From assembly GCA_030698625.1 (NCBI GenBank), contig JAUYMS010000017.1, forward strand, positions 12,962 to 76,961: a stretch of 64,000 nt of DNA, read 5' to 3'. The first letter of the stretch is position 1. The number at the start of each line of letters is the position of its first letter. The stretch comes from Candidatus Omnitrophota bacterium. GTDB taxonomy: Bacteria > Omnitrophota > Omnitrophia > Omnitrophales > Aquincolibacteriaceae. Below the pieces are notes generated by a model. That model did no database searches. It was not told the origin of the DNA and was given only the letters and a program-made list of their open reading frames with translations. The position numbers and the translations under genes were made by a program. Shown here one piece after another: positions 1-11,200 of this stretch.

Positions 1-253
1 TACCGCCCTCTTCAAACACAGCATTGAATTTGCCCTCGCCCACCGTCAAGACGCTCTCGATTATGCTATCGACTTCGGCCGCGGCATTCAGCCCGAACTC
101 AATGATCGGTTTGTAGGGATGTACGTCAATCATTACACAGTTGATATGGGCGAAAGCGGCATTCAAGGGTTTCAAACTCTGCTCGACAAGGGTTTTGAAG
201 CCGGTGTGATCCCTCATAAAATCACGCTCGACGTTGTCGGCGAGCCAGCGTAA
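1..253 (+). CDS. 3' fragment (C-terminal 83 aa) of an MqnA/MqnD-family menaquinone-via-futalosine protein; the 5' end lies outside the window
   Basis: In-frame translation ...GMYVNHYTVDMGESGIQGFQTLLDKGFEAGVIPHKITLDVVGEPA* ends at TAA 251-253. The YVNxYT(L/V)D(L/M)GExG C-terminal block is typical of MqnA/MqnD (DUF178). Confidence 0.45.
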   Translation, partial: TALFKHSIEFALAHRQDALDYAIDFGRGIQPELNDRFVGMYVNHYTVDMGESGIQGFQTLLDKGFEAGVIPHKITLDVVGEPA

Positions 254-444
254 AAACCCCTCCTAGTATCCCTTAAGAGCAAGCTAACTTTAGGTTCTTA
301 TAAGCACTCTATTGATAATAATAGATATCTAATACTACATATCAAGCTATATCTTCCTTGAATTTACCCCATCCTGTGGTACGCTTTCCCTTATACGTAT
401 TCACACTTTAGAAAAGTCTTTATCTGACCTTTGAGGGAGGGCCA
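254..444 (+). promoter_or_regulatory. AT-rich 5' region of giant gene 1 with a strong Shine-Dalgarno GAGGGAGGG (433-441) ahead of the TTG start at 445
   Basis: GC drops sharply compared with the flanking coding DNA. SD is 3-4 nt upstream of TTG. A TTGATA...(-10-like) element lies near 312-345, but the exact promoter is not resolved. Confidence 0.4.
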
Positions 445-2202
445 TTGAAGACCGGACTTTCTATAACTGGGTTCTGGAAGTTTACTGCTTTCCACACGCT
501 CGTCTTTTTCAGCATGACGACCATTTTGTGGTCCGCGCCCTCGCTCACCGTCAACGACGTCCTCAGGCAGGGCCTCACCAGTGACAACATCGGACTGCCC
601 TCACTCGTTAATCGCATTGAAGTCCCCGAGACAAGCGGCTCCATCCTAAAGCGTTTCGAAGCGAATTCCTCAGGCCCGTCTATCGTTCACATTCAAGATG
701 CCCACACCCATTACGAAGCGCAACAGAATATCCGCCGCATATTGAATCACCTGTCCGAGGAGTATCAAGTTCAGCACATCTTTCTGGAAGGCGCTATGGA
801 TCGCGTTGATCCGGAACTCATGCGCTATTTCAAAGACACAGAAGCCAACCGTGACATCGCTGAGCTTTTGGCAAAAGAAGGCGTTCTTGGCGGTGCCGAG
901 CTTTTCTTGCTGCAGGCGACAGAGAATGCACAGCAATTAAAAACACAAGCACACGGCGTCGAAGACCCCGATCTTTACAGGAGAAATATCGCGCTGTATC
1001 AAACTGTTTATGCCGACAAGGAAATAGCCGACAACTATTTGACATCGGTGAAAGCCCAGATAGTGACGCGAGCATCCCACGTTTTCGGCAAAAAATTGCG
1101 AAACTTCTTTCGCGAATGGCTTTTTTATCAAGACATCCCCAACGAACTGTTAAGGCAGCTGAACACACTGCGCAAGTATGCTGCCGAAGAACTCGGAGTG
1201 GAGCTAGGCGATGCGCGAGAGCAGATAGACTGGCCCCAGCTCGTGAGATTCTTTAGGCTGCAGCAACTGGAAACAGAAATTGATTTCGAGAAAGCCGGTA
1301 CGGACAAAGGAAGACTTATTGCGTGGATTCGCGAGCAGGAAATAGGTGAGAACTTTGCGGAAGAGTTGAGCGCATGGGACATCAAAAAATCATTTCTCGG
1401 CCGCCAACATGCTGATCTCAGAACTTTCTTAGAGGCGTTACATCAATCTTCGAGGGAGCGGAATTTCAGTTTTGAAACCTACGGAGAGTTGAAGCTGGTG
1501 TTAGGAGCAGCCATCTTGAGGAGTGAGATTAGTGCTACGGAGCTTTTTGATGAAAGCGAGCGCCTCACAGCCCGCATGCTGGGGCGGTTGGCCGCCACCC
1601 CCGAAGAAGAGGCGCTTGTTTCTATATATAAGGATTACGTTCTCTCGGAAAAGCTCTTTTCGCTGGAGCTTGTTTCGGAAGACCATAATGAGCTTGAATC
1701 CAGATTCCGCACCCTGAAACCCTCGCAGCTTATCGCCCGAATCGACGGCGAATACGCAAAATCCTTCGAGAGCAGAGAATTAACGGAGCTGGACGGCTTA
1801 TTCGAGCAGGCACGGGATTTTTATCGTGTTGCCGTAGAGCGAGAAGAGGCCATTTTTGAAAATATGACCCGGCGAATGAAAGAACAGGGCATCGAAAGCG
1901 CCGTGCTGATTACCGGAGGGTTCCATGCGACGGGCTTGCACAGGCTTTTTGAAGAACGGGGTTTTTCCTATGCAAATGTTGTCCCGCATATGCTTGAAGT
2001 TGGCGACAGCAAAAGCTATACGGATCTTTTGATGTTACGGGGGGACTCCCTCACGCGGCGCGCTTACCTAAGCGCGCCGCGCCTCCCTGACATCTCCTTT
2101 CAGCACCAGCTGCCCGAGCACTTCGAAAGTTACCTGGTCTATCACGTGCTTCCGGCTCTTTCCCGGGAGCTTCTGAAGCGTCTCAGCTTAGGGCACGATC
2201 TG
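445..2202 (+). other. Shared N-terminal module of the giant-protein family (copy 1); function unknown
   Basis: Hydrophobic N-terminus MKTGLSITGFWKFTAFHTLVFFSMTTILWSAPS. Blocks conserved across all three copies: IVHIQDAHT (about 682-708), GGAELFLL, WPQLVRFFRL (about 1231-1260), ITGGFHATGL (about 1902-1937). Ends at the first RSELR (2203-2217). Confidence 0.6.
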
Positions 2203-5200
2203 CGCAGTGAGCTTCGAAGTCTAAATCAACAGGCAGCTCTCCTTGATCGTGGCGTCTTGGTTGACGAGGTCACCGGTGAAGTTTCTATTGCCGGTGAGTC
2301 ACTCGGGTTACTGTTCACGGATCGCGGATTGAAAAAGGCGCTGACCGCAACCGCCAATTCAGACGCGGTGAATATCGGGCTTTACGGTAAATGGTTAGCG
2401 GTTCACAGCGCGGCAGGAGAACGCTATACGCTGCAAAAATACAGCGCAGCTCGCGGCGAAGTGATAACCACCAACGCTGTCTATCTGAATAAAGGCGGAA
2501 ATGTCGACCGGGCCCTTTATTCGCCCAACCGAAGAGTTAAGCCGAGCGACGGTAATCGATATGTCGCACGCCAGGTCATCATCTCAGAGTTTGCTAAGGC
2601 GCGGGGGCTTTCCTTTGTGCCGCAGATCATAGATGTCAAGCCTGCCGACTCGACGGTCAGTGAAAACGGACTCATTCAGTTCGAGGATCGGAGTGCCGCC
2701 GAAGACTCACGCGATAAGGTCCTGTATGTGCGCAAGAACGCAGCCGGAATTCCCGCAGACGAGCAGATCGGAAAGTTGAATCCCGCCGAGCGGAGCCTGA
2801 TCTTGCTCGACGTGTTTCGTGCAGTCAAAAAGCTCTTTGACAGCGGTCTTGCGATCGAGGATCTAAAGTTCGACAATTTCCTGATTCGGAAGGATTATTT
2901 GGAAATTCTAAATCACAGAAAGGAGCAGCCGCTGGAGGAACCGGAAACTCTGAGTGTCATTCTTCATGACTTGGGAGGGGCGCTATTTGTTGACCCCGAT
3001 AGCCTGGTGCAATGGCTCGAAACGGAGCGTGCGGGCGGCGCTAAACATCCGCTGGCTGATTTGGTCGACGGGGGAAGGCGTTACAGTCTGGATGGGCGAG
3101 ACAACGGCACCATGCACGCAATTCATAAAAACCAGCAAACGAGTTTTCTGCAAGACGCCGGAAATCTAGTTCGCTTTGAAAGCAGGCTTGATAAAGCCTG
3201 GGCAGGAAACGCTTCGCGAAAGGCGCTTCTTGGTTATTTGGTCATTCATCAACTTGCGAAAACCGCGATCAGCTGGATGACCAAAAGCGTTGATCCGAAA
3301 GAATATTCGCGCCGTGCCTTCGCCGGGATGAGCCATCACGCATGGACTTTTAACAACATCATGCAGGACATCGAGGCTTTAACGCAGCCCGATGCATTCA
3401 GGGCGTTAGAATCCGACGATGTGCTTCAAGAGCGAATGAGCGAGACGGGTCCGCTGAGCAATGAATCTCGTCGGGAGCTCCAAGAGCGTCTTATTGAGCA
3501 GCAATTCGCGGCGCTCTACCAAAATTTAACCTGGATTCATTTGCTCATTCGTCAGGCGCGCCAGGAGACCACCGAGACGAAGACGGACTCGGGCGAAGTG
3601 GCAAGCAGTACGTTCGATACGCTCGATGCGTCCATCGAATCTACCGTGACTCCCGGCGGCGCAGGAATAACGGATGTCATGGAAGCCAAGGCCGAGCGCC
3701 CGACGTTGCCGCGCACAGAAGTGATGGATGCGCGCAGTCCCGTACGCTCTGAGCTGCGCATGGACCCGTTTGATAAGGAAAGCCTGACGGCAGAGGAAAT
3801 GGGCGCGCGCTTAAATGAAAAGGCCAGGGGTAATTCCATCGTCGCAAAGTTCAAGGATACGCTCTTAAGTGTCCAAAGAGATCTGCCATTGGGGCAGATG
3901 CTCAAAGAGATGGAGCAGCAAGTCATTCTGGAAATAGGATCGGGTGAGGATATGCAGCTGATCAACTTCTGGGTACGCGACTTGAAGTTCGATCCCGCGA
4001 AAATCTATGCCATTGAGCCTGCGCTAACCACAGGTTCGAATAACCCGCTTGGTCGAGAAAACTTTGCCGCAGGGCTTTTCCGAGAAGACTTGCCGGAATC
4101 ATGGAAATCGATCCGCTTTGATTGGATATTTGCGTACCACGTGGCCGAAGCATTGCATTCGGGTAAGCCCCTGGACGGTATTAATCATGAGGATTTGCAA
4201 ACGGCTTATGGCCTATTACGAACCGGGGGTCAGCTTACGGTACATCCGCTCGATTTTAATCTCGCTATGGACAAACTGATCCCCGAGTTTGGAATACCTT
4301 CCGGAATTCCACTACCCGCTGAAAGATCCGCTGTGGCAAAGTTTCTGGAAAGTGTGAATTTTGAATACCCATACCGTCCGCTGCTACATGGCGGCTTTAC
4401 TTTCGCCAAGGGTGTCCGTTCCGAGCTCCGCTACGAAGTTAGTGATTTGGTGGGAGGCGAGGCGAATCTCGAGTATCTGCGAAACATTGAAGCGGCGGTC
4501 AATCAGGATATGGAAGCGCCTGCTTACGCGCGACTTGCGATCTATCTTGCTTCGGGTGCGGACATTTCGACCGCGCTTCTTGCGACCGATGCGGACGAAT
4601 ACCTCTTTGTAGAGAGAAGACCCTTTATCAATCCCAACTGGACGTGGGATGAATCAACCGAAAAGCACCTGAATCGCTATGTGGAGGGTAAACAATTTTC
4701 CGATTACGGAATGACAGATGACATGGCAGCTGCGGGAGAGACGCGGAGTTATTTGCGCGGGGAATTAGAGGTTCTCGGGGCCGCAAATATTATCGTGCCT
4801 GGCGCAACCCGTGAGGACGGTATCTACGAGATCTTTTTCACCTGGCAGGGTAGAGAGAGGAAGATTACCTATGTCAGCGCGGAGTCAGAAGCGGAAAGAC
4901 GCGTACAAATCGCCCATGTGATGAAAGGGCGTAAAGGCGCAGATTATCTGATCGTGAAAGCCGGTGACTATGGAGCGAATGTGGGAGGCGTAACCACCAC
5001 GGAATTGAATGGCGTGATCAGCCGTTTCGTTGGGGGCGGGGGGCACCTGATTCTCGATTTTCCGCATCGCCGTAACGACACCGAACCTGTGTCCGTGAAA
5101 CAACCATTATCTGCGAAGTTCGGCTACGGTAAGGCAATGCTGATGCAGGACAGGGCTTTTGTTTACCGGATCGTTCTTTCACGGTCTCACCTACCGGATC

Positions 5201-8200
5201 TGAGCGGGGCGATGAGAACGGCAAGAGAGTGGTTGTGGCTGGCAGCACCATATGGCTTGGTCGGCAGCGGACACCGCATGGGCGGACCCGCGCGCTCCGA
5301 ACTGCGTGAAGGCGGGGAGCAGCTTGAAGATCTACAGATTGTACAAATGGTCAGGATGGATCGTGCGCTTACGAGACTGACCTCAGAGGACACAGAGTAC
5401 GGCAATGAATTGGGGATTACCCCTACCCAGGAAGGGGTAGGGTCTACTTACGTCGAAGGAGAAGTGCGTAGGTTCCTCGAATTTGCGGGCCAAAGTGATT
5501 TACGCGATCAATTGAGTTTCGATCCTTCGCTTGAGGGCGCCCGGGTTCATGTTTTTGGATTCGGAATGCAGGGCTATGAGATTCTGGCCTTTCTCCAGGA
5601 ACTGGGTGCCGGGCGTATCGATGCGGTCAGCGCGTTACCTTCAGACTTTCGCGGGCTTGACCGAACGTTGAAGGATAACGGTCTCCAAGACGCCCATGTC
5701 GACGGATATCTTTGGCAGGGGCAAAACTTGATTTCGGAACTCGCAGAACCTGAAAGTCAAGCCGATATTGTTTTTCTGGCGGATGTCGTGGATGAAAGAC
5801 ACTTCACCCCGGAAGAAATCAGAGCTATTGCCGAAAATCTCATCCGCTATGTTAAACCCGGAGGCCTGCTAATCTCGGCAGGGCAGGTTTACCGGCTTCA
5901 CGAGCTGGGTGCCATACATCCCGAAGACCCTATCGTCAGAATCGAGCACCCCGTTGAAACCCCTGAAGTCGCTTTCTTCTTAAAGGAAAAAACAGATCGC
6001 TCCGAGCTGCGTGCGGATAAAGCGGAGTTGGCGAAGTTAACGGCGGCGTTGGAGCGTGTGTATGCAGCCGTAGCGCTTGATGTTGACGGCACCTTGCTGG
6101 ACGGAACCGGCGACGGGTTCATGAAGAATATCCATCATATCATCGGCTTTCTCCGCGAAGGAGTCCCGGTGGCCATCGTTACCGGAAATAATGAAAGCAT
6201 GGTTAAGGCCATTTTGATTCGCACGATCAAGAATCTCCTCACCTCCGCGAAGGACTACAACATGACAGATGCCGATGCTGCCGCCGCTATGGAGAACCTT
6301 CATATCTATGTCTACAACGGGGCCAAGGGGTTCAATGCCGGAACAGGGGAAGTCTACTACAACAGGTTTTTTGACGAACTGACGGGGCACAGCACGCGCC
6401 ACTTCATCGAGGCAATCTCGAGGGACCCGGGTCTCAGAGATATTGCAGAAAACTCTATGGTTCAGGATGCGCGAGCCTATGGATTTCATTTCTTTCCTTA
6501 CGGCCAGACGCCAGACCTGGATGGATATGCCGACAGACTGAACAAATTTTTTGAGCGCGAGGGTTACCCGCTTGAGGCAAAGACGTCTTCGGTCGGTGTC
6601 GACGTTTTCCCGAAGGGTGTTGATAAGGGCTATGCGATCGCCGATCTTGCTTTGCGAATTGGTGCTGAGCCGAATCAGATCGCCAAGATCGCTGACCGCA
6701 TGCAAAAGGGCGGCAACGATGACGCGTTTAATGATGAAAGCAGTTTTGCGGTAAAGTCTTATGATGAAGATAATCCGAGGCAGATTTCTATGGTTAAGGC
6801 GGTCGAACTCACCGGGGCGGCAGCTACCGGCTATCTGCTGGAACGCTTGAAAATAAAGGGCCGCGCCGACCGATCGGAGCTGCGGACCGAAGACGTGCAG
6901 ATTCTGGATGTCGTCTTCGATCCTGAAACGGGGGCCTATGTTTCGCGGGCGGAACTCGATAGGCGGTCCCGGGAAGAAGCGGGGCGGTCGCGCGAAGCGG
7001 CGATCATTGCAAAGGCGGCAGAGCCGCGCACACCGCTCCAGACCGCCGGAAAATTGCTGGATGTCGCGGGATTTGCTTTTATGGTTCTCGGGGCTAACCT
7101 CTTTACGGCGGGCATTGTTGCGGCCCTCCTGTTTAATATTACGTCGGTCATCGGGATTGTTCTCGTAACGTTGGGAATCGCAACTCTTGCGGTGGTCGTG
7201 GGCGAAAGCACCTTTGTCGGCCTTCCGTATCTATTCGGACGTTACGATTTTGCGAAGCTGGTCGGAATCAGCAATGAAGAGGCGGTAGATCGCGCCGAAC
7301 AGGCGTTTGTCGATGTTAAAGAAACGGCCTTGACGAAGGAAGACTGGCATGTACTCGGCGGCTTGCGTCATGTCGGGGAACCGCGCGGCTTCTTCCGTAT
7401 TGCCTATGACATCATTGAAGTGGTGGTAGGCAAAGGCGATACGGTCCATCCGGCTATTGCCTTCGGGCCGGTACTGCGTTATCAGACCGTGCGCCGATTA
7501 GGGCTTGGAAACGACTTTGACAGACTAATGCCGCGTTACATCAAGAATCTGTCGGGAGATCAACCGTCATTATTGGCGCGCTCTTTTTGGTGGGTTTACG
7601 GGGATTATGAGCTCTTGAAACGCGCTTATTCGTACGGCTACCTTTCTATCGTTCCTTTCTACGCGCTGCCGCACTTTCTCCTAAGCAGCACGCTCTTTCT
7701 GGCTTTGACTGCGCTCAGAATTCTTTCACTCCCGCTCACACTCAGGGGCGGTATCAAGGCGTTCCTTGAAAGACTGAGCATGATGAAAGCTTATGCTGCA
7801 ATTACCCTGCTTTACCTCTCAACCGCGGCGGAATCTATGACGGATAAAACCGTGACAAACGAATTGCCCGATGCGATTACGGTCGGTAAGATGACGGTTG
7901 AGGGCCGAGCGCGGTCTGAATTAAGAGATGATGTCGAAGAGGCTATAGCGCAATGGGCGGCAGGCAAGGAGGTCGAACTCTTGCAAACAGTCTCTGTCGA
8001 CGGATCCGAATTCCGATTTGTGCACCGAGCACTTCCCGTCATGGATGCGTATCCGGGTATGCGTGAGACCATCGAGGTTTATGCGGGGCAGACCCGTATC
8101 GGCGGCATTGTCTTTCGCGTGAGGAGTTCGGGGGTTTGGCGCGACACGCTGATCGGCGGCCCGCTGACGGGCGTCGATGACGCCCTTGATGTGGAGGCTT

Positions 8201-11200
8201 TATACCGTGAACGTTATGAAGGCATTGGAAGAACACTGCTTGCGCTTGTGGTCCTTTTAACCCACGCGCGCGGGATTCCGAAAATCAAAGCGGCCAAGCA
8301 GTTGAATATGCAGCAGTATGAAGATCTGGGCTTCCACTATTCCCCTTCGGTGGATGAATATGTGGCCGACTTGACCCATTTACGCGACGACGTGCCGGGA
8401 CGGGCCGAAGGTGCGGTAGGTATCGTGAAGCGCTCCGAGCTGCGCGATGATGAAATGAGCGGCCTTGTTACCGTTCCAGAAGATAATCCTTACGAGACAA
8501 CTTATGCGGCTCGGCCCACTTTTAGCCAGGCCTTTCCGGACTCAAGTCAATTGATCAGAGAACTTGATACCGTTTCCGTCGGGTCCTTTATGTGGTCCGC
8601 TGGAGTTATTGAGAACACGGAGCAGAATGAATCCGTGACGATATTTGATAATGCCATCGCACTGGCGTTAAGCCTTGCGGCGATCGGGGTACTGTCCTTT
8701 TTCTGGTTGGGGATCTTGAGTTCGCCATCAGGCGTGGTTCACGAACTATTTAATGGACTGGTCGATGGCTACTTGTTCCGGATCTTGATGTCGCTTGCGA
8801 TCTCGACGATTCCCGTTGCCCTCTTGACGTTTATCACCGGGCTCTATTTTTCGGGAATACGGGTATCTCATAAGAAAGTCTTCGCTCAGATCCGGGACGA
8901 TCTCACAGAGAATCCGCCTGCAGGGAAGCTGAGATTGATCGGCCTGCTCTTGACCGCTTTAACCGACAGGAACCAAAATATTCGCAAAGCCGCTGAGAGC
9001 GAGCTGAACCGAATTACAAAGCAGGTTCCGAGCGTAAGACAGGCCTTAGACGCCGGCGTAGCAGGTATCGCTCGCTCCGAACTTCGCAGTGATGAAATGA
9101 GCACCGATGAGGTGCGCGAGCTTCTGAGCCGTGTCCCGCCACCGACACCGGTCTTTGAACAACGGGGAGGGGTCACAGAGGAAAATCCTTATGGGGTGCT
9201 TCTGGAGATATGGCCGACAGTGGGGCAGGCGTTTCCCGAGCTTTCGCAGTTACTTCGCGATCTGGATAATATTTCGGCGTTAGACCTTGAGTTCGCAATC
9301 GACGCTGTTGCTGAGACGACTAAGGGGAGATATGAAGGAAAAATCCATAATGTTTTTGTGGCGTGGCTCACGCTGCCAATGCTTTATCTGTTTTCTGTTG
9401 TGGGGGTGTTACTTTGGAGCGAAATGAGCACTTTGCCTCGGATAGCGAAAGATGCCGTGCGTGATTTCGTCGTTGACGGGCCTCTGTTGTGGCTTGCAGT
9501 CGCATCGTTTGCGACGGGTCTAATATTGGCGGTGAGAGTATTATTCTTTGCTGCGCCAAAGGGGTCTCATAAAGAAACCGTTTCGGGCATCAAAAAAAAC
9601 TTATATGAAAATCCCCTAGCGGGGAAACTCGAGGCGCTTCGCTTTCTTTGGAGTCACGCTAATCATAGGGATCAGAAGATTCGCGAAAGTGCGGGCAAAG
9701 CGCTCGAATTTGTAGCAAGTAAAGTCCCGAGTGTGAGACAGGCTTTAGATCGTGGCGTGCAGACCCCCACTCGGTCTGAATTAAGGACTGATGAGGAGCA
9801 AGTCTCGATATTCCTGGGGGCGCTCTTGAGATTAGCGGAGTCGGTGAATATTGAGAGACGCGACTCGCTTTCCGTGGCGCGCGTATTGGACGACGGAACG
9901 CGCCTCTATGAGTTACCTCTCGAAGTTTCTTACCTAAAATCGCGTAACATTCAGCCGGGGAATCCGGTTCCGCTCGAAGAGCTGACCCGTTTCTTTACGG
10001 CGCAGGGCATTGAGGATCTTTCAAATATCTCCTTAGGCTACGGTGCCTCGGAGCTGAAAGGTCCGGCACTCCTCGCAGTGGAAGACCGCGGCGGCGACTT
10101 GCAGTTAATCGGTCTGTCGTTTTACCGTTTCAGCAAAGACTCGGATGACTACGGTCTCGGACTCATCAGTTTTGGAAATGCTGACGATCTCATCCGTCAG
10201 TATCAAGGCTCGCTGGATTATCCCGGGAACCGCGCAGCCGGAATTATTACTCCTCAGGTGGAGTTCATTACGGACGGGATTTCCGTCGAAGCAACTTTTC
10301 AAGCTCAGGGAGCCCGACGGGAAGTCCTGATCAAGCGCCTCCGCTCCAAGGCAAAGATTCGTCAGGTAGATCTCCCGCGGCCGTCTCGCCACATGGCCCG
10401 CTCTGAGCTGCGGGCCGCAACGGTTAAAGGTAAAGATCAGGATTTCTTTGGCCGGGGTCTGGTCAAGGACCATTATGACACGGTAAGGCTTTTGGTGCCC
10501 GAACCGCTGATTCGCGATGTCGCCGGAGAAGGCTTCTTGATTCCGGAGCCGCTTCAGAACCCCGATTTGGTTATGGCGAGCACCGGTGCGCGCGAGTCAA
10601 ACCTCACATTTGCTGCTGATAAGGCCTTTTTCTCGGTAATTTTTAAATCAAAAGACGTCCACCGGCCTTTTCTTAAATCCGATTTCATCTATTACGGAAA
10701 AACGCTCGAGATCTTGCCGGGAACGATGCGGCCATTTCGCGAAGATCAGGAACGAACCGACATTGTCGCGGCGGACAGGACGTTTGCATGGTGGTTCCGG
10801 CATAACGTCGTCCCTTTTGCGCAGGCGCTCGGCTATGAAAAGATCGGGATCACGATCGTGAAAGGCCTCTCTAAGCGTATCAGTCAGTCCACGCTCAGGG
10901 AACTTGGCTTCCGTGAGCCCCGGATAGGAGGGCGCGCGATCTGGATTTACGATCTAAAGCCGGAGCAGCAAGCGTCGCGTTCCGAACTGGGCGTCACACC
11001 GGATCCGCTTAAAGCGCTTCGGCGCCCGGCCCTCCGCCAGTTTATCCGTGATCTTTTAGTGAACAACTACAGCAGGTTCCTTCCGGAATTTTTTCAAACG
11101 AAACCGCAGGGCCCGTATGTGGATATCGAAGCCTGGGTAGACGGTATTCTTCAAGCCGGCGCGGACTTCAGCGGGGATCCGGTTGCCGCGGCGAGGTTTT

